DNA from: Synergistales bacterium
GTDB lineage: Bacteria; Synergistota; Synergistia; Synergistales; 79-D21
Length of the DNA: 59,914 bases
Reading direction: 5' to 3'
Assembly: GCA_036722335.1 (NCBI GenBank)
Contig: DAIMJI010000001.1
Coordinates: 1 to 59,914, forward strand
Below the pieces are notes generated by a model that saw only the letters and a program-made list of their open reading frames with translations, did no database searches and was not told the origin of the DNA. Below are positions 1-9,761 of this stretch, piece by piece. The position numbers and the translations under genes are program-made. Every line of letters begins with the position of its first letter. Positions within the stretch are counted from its first letter, which is position 1.

Positions 1-57
1 TGCATCGACTGGCTCAACGCCGCAGTCCGGGAAAAATGGGCCAGGGAGACCGCCTGA
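1..57 (+). CDS. 3' end of an upstream CDS (partial), plausibly the cobalamin-binding subunit of an acyl-CoA mutase
   Basis: Frame 1 is open from base 1 (CIDWLNAAVREKWARETA*) to TGA at 55-57 and overlaps the meaB start. The product is guessed only from meaB context. Confidence 0.3.
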   Translation, partial: CIDWLNAAVREKWARETA

Positions 58-1007
58 AAGTGGAAAAGCTGATTACGAAAGCCCTTGAAGGGGATCATCG
101 CTCCATTGCCAGGCTCATCAGCCTTGTGGAAAGCGAATCTCCCCAGGCGGAGCACATCATGCGAAAGATTTACCCCCATTCCGGAAAGGCCCACATCATC
201 GGCCTGACCGGGAGCCCTGGCGCGGGCAAAAGCACGCTGGCGGACAAAATAATCGCGCACTTCAAGGCCCTGGGCAAGACCGTGGGCGTTATCGCGGTCG
301 ACCCGTCAAGCCCTTTCTCGGGTGGGGCGATACTGGGTGACCGCCTGCGGATGCAGCAGCATGCCGTGGATCCGGACGTTTTCATACGGAGCATGGGGAC
401 CAGGGGCTCCCTCGGCGGACTGAGCCGCTCCACACAGGAAGCGGCATTGATACTGGACGCCTGCGGAAAGGATGTCGTCATCATCGAAACGGTCGGTGTC
501 GGGCAGTCGGAAATCGACATCGTCAAGATTGCCGACACGGTCGGCCTGATCCTCGTCCCGGGAATGGGCGATGACATCCAGATCATGAAGGCGGGCATCA
601 TGGAAATCGCCGACATCTTTATCGTGAACAAGGCCGACCGGGACGGAGCGGACAGGGTTTCGACAGAAGTCAACATGATGCTGGACCTCCTCGGGATGAG
701 ACCCTGGCGCCCCCCTGTCCTCAAAACCGTGGCGGAAAGGGGAGAAGGGGTCGGCGAAGTCGTTTCGGAGATGTCACGCCATGAAGGCTTTCTGCGAGTG
801 AGCGAGGAAGGGCGCAGGAGAAAGTGGCAGAGGCTCGGAATGGAAGTGGAAGAGGTCCTGCGAAGGGAAATTGCCAACCTGGTGGAACATGAGTGGGAAA
901 AGGTCAAATCGCCGGAACTTTTCGAGACACTGGCCGCCCGTGAAACAAACCCCTACGAGGTGGCTGAAAAGGTCCTGTCAAACATCCTTACGGATTCGAA
1001 CACGTAA
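36..1007 (+). CDS. meaB: Methylmalonyl-CoA mutase-associated GTPase MeaB/ArgK
   Basis: GLTGSPGAGKST P-loop, VDPSSPFSGGAILGDRLRM, ETVGVGQSE and NKAD motifs. Alternative start GTG at 60. Confidence 0.93.
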   Translation: MGQGDRLKVEKLITKALEGDHRSIARLISLVESESPQAEHIMRKIYPHSGKAHIIGLTGSPGAGKSTLADKIIAHFKALGKTVGVIAVDPSSPFSGGAILGDRLRMQQHAVDPDVFIRSMGTRGSLGGLSRSTQEAALILDACGKDVVIIETVGVGQSEIDIVKIADTVGLILVPGMGDDIQIMKAGIMEIADIFIVNKADRDGADRVSTEVNMMLDLLGMRPWRPPVLKTVAERGEGVGEVVSEMSRHEGFLRVSEEGRRRKWQRLGMEVEEVLRREIANLVEHEWEKVKSPELFETLAARETNPYEVAEKVLSNILTDSNT

Positions 1008-1062
1008 CGCCGTCGGTTGGGCCTTCACGGAAGGCTCCCTGTCGGCAGGCACTTTCGTCCGA

Positions 1063-2210
<1,148 letters not shown>

Positions 2211-2252
2211 GCGGGTGTTCCTCCCCGGGGGAAAAGGAAGGAAACAGCTGTC

Positions 2253-3143
2253 TTGAACCCGTTGATCCTGCAGGTTCTGGCAGTGTTCGCTTGGGGCGTT
2301 CTCGTGACGCCTCTATCCATGTCCCTGGCACACCGGTTCAGAGTTCTCGATGCGCCGGGAGAGCGCAAGATCCACACCGGCGTCGTCCCGCGGGGAGCGG
2401 GTATCGTGATCTGGCTTGGATACCTCATCTGGGTCCTGCTGTTCGGGGCGTCCCTTCCTGGGACCCGCATGACGGCCGTTGGCGGAACCCTTGTCTTCCT
2501 CGTGGGTTACGTGGATGACATGAAACAGACATCGCCTTTTATCCGACTTGGACTTCACGGGATTTCAGCCCTTATTTCCACATTCTTCCTGCCCTTGGGC
2601 GCACTCGAGAGGACTCTCCTGGTTTTCTGGATTACGGGATGCACCAGCGCCTACAACCTTATCGACGGCATGGACGGGCTCTGCCTATCGCTTTCCATCG
2701 TGACGGCCTGGGTCATGTCCTCTTTCGGGCAGGGCCCTCTTTGGCTGCCCCTTGCGGGGTTGTGTGCGGGGGTCCTTGTCTGGAATTTTCCTTTCCCCAG
2801 GGCCAGGACCTTCCTGGGAGACGGGGGAAGCACCTTGCTTGGATTTCTTTGTTCTTCGCTGATGGCGACTGGAATTTCCACGACCTCTCTGGGCTTGGCC
2901 TGGATGGTGCCGGTCCTGGCACTTCTCGGGGGCGTCCCCGTCCTGGATACGCTCGTTGCGGTCGGCAGAAGGCTTGCCATGGGACGTTCCCCTTTCCTGC
3001 CGGACAGGGGGCACATCCATCATCGCCTGCTGGATCGCTCCTTCCCATTAACCGCTGTTCTTGTCACAATGGGGACAATACACTTTGCCCTGGTCATGGC
3101 GGGCATGATCCTATCCCGCCTTGTGTCGGGGGGAACCCCGTAA
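2253..3143 (+). CDS. MraY/WecA/TagO-family undecaprenyl-phosphate GlcNAc-1-phosphate transferase
   Basis: Multi-TM protein with D.PGERKIH, VGYVDD, YNLIDGMDGL, FLGDGGS and DRGHIHHRL motifs; TTG start. Confidence 0.88.
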   Translation: MNPLILQVLAVFAWGVLVTPLSMSLAHRFRVLDAPGERKIHTGVVPRGAGIVIWLGYLIWVLLFGASLPGTRMTAVGGTLVFLVGYVDDMKQTSPFIRLGLHGISALISTFFLPLGALERTLLVFWITGCTSAYNLIDGMDGLCLSLSIVTAWVMSSFGQGPLWLPLAGLCAGVLVWNFPFPRARTFLGDGGSTLLGFLCSSLMATGISTTSLGLAWMVPVLALLGGVPVLDTLVAVGRRLAMGRSPFLPDRGHIHHRLLDRSFPLTAVLVTMGTIHFALVMAGMILSRLVSGGTP

Positions 3144-3161
3144 TCGAAACGACGAGGAGAA

Positions 3162-4301
3162 ATGAAGATGGAACGAGTTCGAAAGAAAGTCTGCATCGTG
3201 GTTGGAACGAGGCCTGAAGCCATCAAGATGGCGCCGGTCGCCTTGCAGGTCCGGCAGCGTCCGGAACTCGAGTGCTTCCTCCTGGCCACGGGGCAGCATA
3301 CGCAGATGCTGAAACAGGCGCTGGAGCATTTCGGCCTGCGGGCCAATGTCGACCTGAACGTCATGAAGGACCGGCAGACTCTTGATTACCTGACCGCCGC
3401 CGTTCTCGAAGGGGTCGGTCAAGCGCTGGATTCAAACCGACCGGATATCGTCCTGGTGCATGGAGACACGACGACGACCTTCGCTGCCTCCCTGGCCGCT
3501 TTTTACAGGAAAATTCCCGTTGGCCACGTAGAGGCGGGACTGAGAAGCAGGAATCTTTACCTGCCTTTCCCTGAAGAAATGAACCGGCTTCTGACCGACA
3601 GGATTTCTTCCCTTTGGTTTGCTCCTACCGAAGGGGCTCATCGGAACCTGGTTCTCGAGGGCATTCCTCCCGAGCGGGCGTTCGTAACCGGAAACACCGT
3701 TATCGACGCGTTGCTCTGGACCCGCGAAAACAGGTCAATCCCGACACTGGACTTTCTCAGGGAAATCCCGCAGGAGGCGGACCTGGTCCTGCTGACGGCG
3801 CACCGCAGGGAATCATGGGGAGATCCTTTGCACCGAATTTGCCGGGCCGCGGAAAAGTTGCGGGCCTCTTTCCCGAACCTATGGCTCTTGATTCCCATGC
3901 ACAGGAACCCTGCCGTGAGGGAAACGATCGAGGCCTCTTTTGCCGGTCGCGAGCGTGTTATCCTTTGCGACCCGCTGGACTACCCGGATTTCGTCTGGGC
4001 GATGAACCGCTCCCGGCTAATCCTCAGCGATAGCGGGGGAGTGCAGGAAGAAGCCTCTGCCTTGAGAAAACCGGTGCTCGTCCTTCGTGATGTGACGGAG
4101 AGGCCCGAAGCGGTCGAATCGGGTTCGGCCTCCCTGGTGGGAACGGACGAGGAGAAAATCCTGAAGTCCGCTGTCCCGCTCCTTGAAGACGAAACGGCAT
4201 ACAAGGAATTTCTCTCCAATTGTTCAAACCCTTTTGGAGACGGACACGCATCCGACAGGATCGTGCAAGAGATCGAATTCTTCCTGGGAACAGGGAACTG
4301 A
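3162..4301 (+). CDS. wecB: UDP-N-acetylglucosamine 2-epimerase (non-hydrolysing)
   Basis: GTRPEAIKMAP, TGQH, VHGDTTT, HVEAGLRS, EEMNR, SDSGGVQEEA motifs. Confidence 0.95.
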   Translation: MKMERVRKKVCIVVGTRPEAIKMAPVALQVRQRPELECFLLATGQHTQMLKQALEHFGLRANVDLNVMKDRQTLDYLTAAVLEGVGQALDSNRPDIVLVHGDTTTTFAASLAAFYRKIPVGHVEAGLRSRNLYLPFPEEMNRLLTDRISSLWFAPTEGAHRNLVLEGIPPERAFVTGNTVIDALLWTRENRSIPTLDFLREIPQEADLVLLTAHRRESWGDPLHRICRAAEKLRASFPNLWLLIPMHRNPAVRETIEASFAGRERVILCDPLDYPDFVWAMNRSRLILSDSGGVQEEASALRKPVLVLRDVTERPEAVESGSASLVGTDEEKILKSAVPLLEDETAYKEFLSNCSNPFGDGHASDRIVQEIEFFLGTGN

Positions 4302-4341
4302 CTGACCGTTGCCGGTCTTTCAGCGAGAGGAGTGGAGGAGT

Positions 4342-5625
4342 TTGAACCACAAGCTTGTGATTAGGGGAGATCGCCCCCTGAATGGTTCCATCACGGCACA
4401 GGGCGCAAAGAACGCGGCCCTTCCCGTCATGGCGTCGGCCCTTCTTCTGAAAAACGGGACTCTTGCCCTTGACCATGTTCCAGACCTCCATGATGTCCAA
4501 ACGATGTCGGATCTTTTAAGGAACCTGGGTGCCGACGTGGTTTTCTCCGGGGGTAAGATGGAGATCAAGACGCCCGAATGCCTGGACTGGGCAACGCCTC
4601 CAGCGCTTGTAAGGAAAATGAGGGCTTCTTCCCTGGTCCTGGGCCCGCTCCTCGCACGATGCCGACAAGCCATTCTCCCGTTGCCCGGAGGCTGCGCGAT
4701 AGGAAGCCGCCCCATAGACCTTCACCTGAAGGGCTTGACGAAGATGGGAGCCGAAATCAGGCTTGAACACGGGTCTGTTCACGCAGAAGCAAAAAAACTG
4801 AGGGGCGCGCGGATCTACCTGGATTTCCCGTCCGTTGGGGCAACGGAAAACCTGTTGATGGCCGCGGTCCTTGCGAAGGGAGAAACCGTCATCGAAAACG
4901 CCGCAAGGGAGCCGGAGATTTCCAACCTGGCGGAAGCGCTCCTCCGCATGGGAGCACAGATTGAGGGTGACGGTACCGGCACGATACGCATCAAGGGAGT
5001 TGAAGACCTGCAGGGAACCGATATCGAGATCATCCCCGACCGGATAGAAGCCTCCACCTATATCCTGGCGGGTGCCGTCACAGGCGGTGATGTGACCGTC
5101 AAGGGGATGGAGCCTGAACATCTGGAAGCGCTACTGGCGAAAATGGAGGAGGCGGGTGTCCACCTGTCCATCGAGGGAAACTGCGTCCGTACGCTGCCGA
5201 ATGGACGGATGTCTGCAGTTTCGCTGAAGACGCTTCCATACCCGGGCTTCCCCACGGATCTCCAGCCCCAGATCATGGCAGCCCTCTGCCTTGCAAGGGG
5301 AACGAGTGTCATCCAGGAACGCGTTTTCGAATCACGTTTCCTTCATGTGAGCGAGCTGAAGCGGATGGGTAGCCATATCGAGCTTCAGGGAGACACGGCA
5401 ATCATTACTGGGGTCGAGAATCTCACAGGCGCGGAGGTCCGGGCAACCGACCTGCGTGCGGGTGCGGCGCTGGTGCTTGCCGGCCTCGCTGCCAACGGTT
5501 ACACCTGCATCTACCAGATGGGACATATCCAGCGCGGGTATGAGAACATGGTGGAAAAGCTGAGGTCCCTGGGCGGAGACGTGGAGATCGTCGCCTGCGA
5601 CGAAAACGAAGGACCAAAATTCTAG
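4342..5625 (+). CDS. murA: UDP-N-acetylglucosamine 1-carboxyvinyltransferase
   Basis: GAKNAALP, RKMRAS, LPGGCAIGSRPIDLH (catalytic Cys), PGFPTDLQ, DLRAGAAL. TTG at 4342 follows GGAGG, so it is preferred over the ORF-track start 4309. Confidence 0.95.
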   Translation: MNHKLVIRGDRPLNGSITAQGAKNAALPVMASALLLKNGTLALDHVPDLHDVQTMSDLLRNLGADVVFSGGKMEIKTPECLDWATPPALVRKMRASSLVLGPLLARCRQAILPLPGGCAIGSRPIDLHLKGLTKMGAEIRLEHGSVHAEAKKLRGARIYLDFPSVGATENLLMAAVLAKGETVIENAAREPEISNLAEALLRMGAQIEGDGTGTIRIKGVEDLQGTDIEIIPDRIEASTYILAGAVTGGDVTVKGMEPEHLEALLAKMEEAGVHLSIEGNCVRTLPNGRMSAVSLKTLPYPGFPTDLQPQIMAALCLARGTSVIQERVFESRFLHVSELKRMGSHIELQGDTAIITGVENLTGAEVRATDLRAGAALVLAGLAANGYTCIYQMGHIQRGYENMVEKLRSLGGDVEIVACDENEGPKF

Positions 5626-5650
5626 GGCAGAGGAAGAGGGAGGGAAGACC

Positions 5651-6769
5651 ATGTCTTGGAAAAACCATATTGTAAGGAAGTCCCTGGCCGGGATCGAGCC
5701 TTACAAGCCGGGTAAACCGATCTCGGAAGTGCAGAGGGAACTCGGGCTCCAGAACGCGATTCGCCTGTGTTCGAACGAAAACCCCTGGCCCCTGCCCGGA
5801 AGGGTCCTGGAAGCCGTAAGAAACGCTTCGGCCGAAACATGCCGTTATCCCGACCCTGCCTCTTATCGTCTCAAGCGGGCGATTGCCATGAAATGGGGGC
5901 GCTCTCCCTCCGAGGTCATCGTTGGCGCCGGGGTGGAAGGAATCCTGTACTCGCTTTTCCAGGCGATCATCGACGAGGGGGACGAAGTGGCCTATGCCAC
6001 GCCGACATACCCACTCTATCGCCTCGCGGCGGCAGCCTCCGGAGCGAGACGGGTGGAAATCCCCACGGAACCGGGGGAGGGAGAAGCAGGAATCGACCGC
6101 CTCATCGAGGCCTGCGGGCCAAGGACGAAGGCCCTGGTGATCTGCAACCCCAACAACCCTACGGGAACGATCCTGAACCGGGCGGACCTGACAACCCTGG
6201 CAAATTCCCTGAACGGCAGGGAAACCCTTCTCATCCTGGATGAAGCTTACGCGGATTATGTCGAGGACCCAAAGTACACCTCCGGGATAGACCTTTTCGA
6301 CCAACTTGGGAATATCGTGATGCTAAGGACTTTTTCAAAGATTTACGGGCTTGCCGCCCTGCGGGTCGGTTACGCCATCGCTCCCAAACCCGTAGTCGAA
6401 ACGTACCTCAAGGTCAGGAAGGTTTTCGAGGTCAACAGCGTCGCCCAGAACGCAGCCCTGGCGGCACTCTCGGATTCCTCCTACGTCCAGGAGGTACGCG
6501 AAAAGACCTTGGCGGAGAGGGAAAGGCTTGCGGGCTCCCTGAGAGACATGGGCGTCAAGGTGCTTCCCACCCAGACGAACTTCCTTGTCCTCGAACTCCA
6601 GGAATCGGCAACCATCTACGAAAAACTTCTTCTTGAAGGCATAATCGTCCGCTTGGGAGACGACCTGGACTACCCGGGACATCTCCGGGTGACGGTCGGC
6701 CTGCCCGAGGAAAACGACCTGTTCCTCCAAGCGCTTGGAAAGGTGTTGAAACGGCTTGCCGGAAGGTGA
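5651..6769 (+). CDS. hisC: Histidinol-phosphate aminotransferase-like PLP enzyme
   Basis: YKPGKP, SNENP, CNPNNPTG, DEAY, RTFSKIYGLAALRVGY (PLP lysine). Confidence 0.8.
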   Translation: MSWKNHIVRKSLAGIEPYKPGKPISEVQRELGLQNAIRLCSNENPWPLPGRVLEAVRNASAETCRYPDPASYRLKRAIAMKWGRSPSEVIVGAGVEGILYSLFQAIIDEGDEVAYATPTYPLYRLAAAASGARRVEIPTEPGEGEAGIDRLIEACGPRTKALVICNPNNPTGTILNRADLTTLANSLNGRETLLILDEAYADYVEDPKYTSGIDLFDQLGNIVMLRTFSKIYGLAALRVGYAIAPKPVVETYLKVRKVFEVNSVAQNAALAALSDSSYVQEVREKTLAERERLAGSLRDMGVKVLPTQTNFLVLELQESATIYEKLLLEGIIVRLGDDLDYPGHLRVTVGLPEENDLFLQALGKVLKRLAGR

Positions 6770-7610
6770 GAATGGCCTTCTGCCCGACGTGAAGGTCATA
6801 TCCTTCGTGGGCAGGGCAGGAACGGGCAAAAGCCAGAGGGCCCAAGTCCTGGCGAGAAACCTGGATATCGATTACATCCTTGACGACGGCCTGGTGATCC
6901 GAAGGGGGCAAATCGTTTCCGGGAAAAGTGCCAAGGCGGAGAGAAACCAGGTCCGCGCCATCAGGCGTGCCATGATGGAATTCCCCGACCACCGCAGGGA
7001 GATCCAAGAGTTCTTCCGGCAGGCGCAGCCATGCACCGTCATGATCATCGCCACTTCGGAAGGCATGGCATCCCAGATTGCCCACCGCCTGGGATTCCCG
7101 GCCCCAGGGAACGTCATCAGGATAGAGGACGTGGCCACCCCGGAAGAGATCAAAAGGGCCAGGCTTGAGAGAAAGGTCAAAGGACAGCACGTGATTCCCG
7201 TTTCCCAGGTGCAGGTACGAAAGAACTTCGCGGGGAAGCTCGTCGGGAAGCTACGGGTCTTCTGGAAAGGGAAGAACAAGTACGAAGGGGAGAAAACGAT
7301 CGTCCGGCCCCCCTTCAGCTTCATAGGCGCACTTCGCATAGAACCGCAGGCCATAGAAGACCTGGCCCGCCACGTCGCGCTAAGAACGCCGCAAGTGAAG
7401 AGCATCCAGGAAATTCGCATCAAGCCGGGCTCGGAAGGCGTGTCCCTTCAGTTGAAAATCGGGGTTACGCTGGGAGAACGCAACCTCGTCGAGATCGCAA
7501 GGACAGTGAAAGCGCGGATTTCGTCCAGTGTCAGTTATTTCATGGGCCTGGACGTCCGGGGAGTTGATGTGGTCGTAACGGAGGTGGAACTCCATGGGAC
7601 AAACGGTTAA
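6756..7610 (+). CDS. Conserved hypothetical protein: N-terminal P-loop-like domain plus C-terminal Asp23/Gls24-like domain
   Basis: FVGRAGTGKS Walker-A-like motif and ILDDGL. The C-terminal beta-alpha pattern ending YFMGLDVRGVDVVV resembles Asp23. Start codon uncertain. Confidence 0.65.
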   Translation: MPEGENGLLPDVKVISFVGRAGTGKSQRAQVLARNLDIDYILDDGLVIRRGQIVSGKSAKAERNQVRAIRRAMMEFPDHRREIQEFFRQAQPCTVMIIATSEGMASQIAHRLGFPAPGNVIRIEDVATPEEIKRARLERKVKGQHVIPVSQVQVRKNFAGKLVGKLRVFWKGKNKYEGEKTIVRPPFSFIGALRIEPQAIEDLARHVALRTPQVKSIQEIRIKPGSEGVSLQLKIGVTLGERNLVEIARTVKARISSSVSYFMGLDVRGVDVVVTEVELHGTNG

Positions 7611-8247
7611 GCCGATCATCTGCCCTTCACCGGAAGAAGTGTCCTCTATCCGGAAGCAACAGTGGTCCCGCCTCCAGGAGGAGGTTTCGAAGTGCCGTCT
7701 CTGCCCTCTGGCGGAAACGCGGAAGCTCACGGTTTTCGGCGACGGACCGATGGGAACATCCTTGATGTTTATCGGCGAGGGACCGGGCGCGGACGAGGAT
7801 GAACAGGGCCTGCCCTTCGTCGGAAAGGCGGGGCAGTTATTGACCACAATCCTTTCCGCAGCGGGAATCAACCGGGAGGAGGTCTTCATCGGCAACGTCG
7901 TCAAATGCAGGCCGCCGGGCAACCGGGTTCCCTCGGTGGAAGAAATGATCGCCTGCGACACCTATCTCCAGACCCAGATCGCCCTTGTCGCCCCCCGTAT
8001 CCTTGTGCTGCTCGGAAGCACGCCGACGAAGTGGATACTCAAGACGACCGCCCCCATAGGGGAATTGAGGGGACGGTGGTTCAAGTGGAGGGGGATCGAC
8101 GTCTTCCCGATGTACCACCCCAGCTACCTCCTGAGGAACCAGTCCAGAGCCGTGGGCAGCCCCAAGGACCTGACGTGGAGGGATATCCGGGAAGTCAAGA
8201 AACGCTGGGATGAAGTCAGGGAGGAAGAGGACTCGGCGGATGAGTGA
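7594..8247 (+). CDS. udg: Uracil-DNA glycosylase family 4 (Fe-S type)
   Basis: CRLCPL, FIGEGPG, PFVGKAG, NVVKCRPPGNR, MYHPSYLLR. Confidence 0.9.
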   Translation: MGQTVKPIICPSPEEVSSIRKQQWSRLQEEVSKCRLCPLAETRKLTVFGDGPMGTSLMFIGEGPGADEDEQGLPFVGKAGQLLTTILSAAGINREEVFIGNVVKCRPPGNRVPSVEEMIACDTYLQTQIALVAPRILVLLGSTPTKWILKTTAPIGELRGRWFKWRGIDVFPMYHPSYLLRNQSRAVGSPKDLTWRDIREVKKRWDEVREEEDSADE

Positions 8248-8947
8248 GAACGTGACCAGGGAAAGGGAATTGCCCTCGCACGTCGGGATCATCATGGATG
8301 GAAACGGACGTTGGGCACGGAAAAGGGGGCTCCCCCGGCTCATGGGGCACCACGCAGGTGTCCGAGCCGTTGAGCGAATCGTGCGAGCGGCAAGGGATAG
8401 TGGGGTCAAGACGCTCTCCCTTTATGCCTTTTCCACGGAGAACTGGAAAAGACCCGAAGCCGAGGTCAAAGGCCTTATGGGACTTTTCCGTTTTTACATC
8501 AGGAGCCGGCTCAAGCCGCTCCTTGATGAAGGTGCCAGGATCCGCTTCTGCGGAAGGATGGATGACCTTCCCCCCGACATTCTCGAAATCATAAAGGAAG
8601 CCGAACGGAAGACTTCCCAGCAAACGGGGCTGCAGCTTGTCATATGCCTCAATTACGGCGGGAGGCAGGAAATCATCGACGCCATCAACGAGATCCTGCG
8701 CTCGGGAGAAACGCGCCTACTGGACGAAAATTCATTCAGGAAGTACCTTTATCTTCCGGATGTCCCTGACCCGGACCTGATCATCAGGACAAGCGGTGAA
8801 ATCCGCCTCAGCAATTTCTGGCTCTGGGAAAGCGCATATAGTGAATTCTATTTTTGCGACAAGCTTTGGCCGGATTTCGGCCCTGAAGACCTTGAAACGG
8901 CCCTGCGGGTTTACCAGGGGAGGGAGAGACGCTATGGATCCATCTAG
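8240..8947 (+). CDS. uppS: Undecaprenyl diphosphate synthase
   Basis: HVGIIMDGNGRWA, YAFSTENWKRP, NYGGR, DLIIRTSGE.RLSNF. ATG at 8240. Confidence 0.95.
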   Translation: MSENVTRERELPSHVGIIMDGNGRWARKRGLPRLMGHHAGVRAVERIVRAARDSGVKTLSLYAFSTENWKRPEAEVKGLMGLFRFYIRSRLKPLLDEGARIRFCGRMDDLPPDILEIIKEAERKTSQQTGLQLVICLNYGGRQEIIDAINEILRSGETRLLDENSFRKYLYLPDVPDPDLIIRTSGEIRLSNFWLWESAYSEFYFCDKLWPDFGPEDLETALRVYQGRERRYGSI

Positions 8948-9761
8948 CCGTGCCTTCGGCAGCGAAATCGTCATACGGGCGCTGAGCGGAGCGTTCGTCG
9001 TTCTTGCCATCCTGGGGGGAATCATCCTCGGGGGGGTTTACTGGTCGTTTATCGTAACACTGATTACCCTGATCTCGCTTTGGGAGTTCTACAACCTTTT
9101 GTCGGTGAAGGTCAAGGTTACCCGCGGACTCGGCTTTATTTCGGCCCTGCTTCTTATCGCAGCGGCAACCCTTAATTTCAGCTCTGCCGCAATCCTTGCG
9201 ATCACAGCCCTTATCCCCTTCCTTGTACTCTGCATAGAAATCGTCCGACGCCAGATGTTCATGAGCAGCCACGCCATCTTCAACATGGGGGGGACGCTCG
9301 TGGGACTGATCTTCATCGCCCTTCCCTGGACCTTCCTCGTCCTCCTGAGAGAAGAGCCTTGGGGGACCATGCTCCTGATCACCCTGTTTGCGTGCACCTG
9401 GAGCTGCGATGTAACCGCCTACCTGGTGGGAGTTCGCTGGGGAAGGAACTATCTTTGCGAAAATGTCAGCCCCAAGAAAACCTGGGAAGGTTTCGCCGGC
9501 GGTGTCGCGGGCAGCCTTTTCTGCGCCGGGCTGCTGGCTTTTGCCTGGCAGTTCCCGCCCTTTCCGCTTCTCCTTCTCGGCCTTCTCTGCGGACTTGCCG
9601 GACAGATAGGGGATCTCGGCGAATCTCTCCTGAAACGCGAAGCCGGGGTCAAGGACGCCGGGAAGTTAATCCCCGGGCACGGAGGAATGCTGGACCGCTT
9701 CGACAGCATCCTTGTCAACGCCACGCTCGCTTTCCTGATCTTCGAGGTGATCTGGCATTGA
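8934..9761 (+). CDS. cdsA: Phosphatidate cytidylyltransferase
   Basis: Multi-TM; SPKKTWEG, GDLGESLLKR, KDAGKLIPGHGGMLDRFDS. ATG at 8934. Confidence 0.93.
   Translation: MDPSSRAFGSEIVIRALSGAFVVLAILGGIILGGVYWSFIVTLITLISLWEFYNLLSVKVKVTRGLGFISALLLIAAATLNFSSAAILAITALIPFLVLCIEIVRRQMFMSSHAIFNMGGTLVGLIFIALPWTFLVLLREEPWGTMLLITLFACTWSCDVTAYLVGVRWGRNYLCENVSPKKTWEGFAGGVAGSLFCAGLLAFAWQFPPFPLLLLGLLCGLAGQIGDLGESLLKREAGVKDAGKLIPGHGGMLDRFDSILVNATLAFLIFEVIWH

Noticed and set aside
1009-1047. Imperfect hairpin after meaB as a cobalamin riboswitch
   Set aside because: Far too short and lacks the B12-box; more likely a weak terminator or stabiliser.
9359-9757. Long N-terminal extensions in the ORF track (dxr from 9359, ispG from 11898, speB from 14392, tlyA from 48818, hutI from 36925, pgk from 59111)
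   Set aside because: They overlap the preceding genes, lack family similarity, and downstream starts with good RBSs match the family N-termini.
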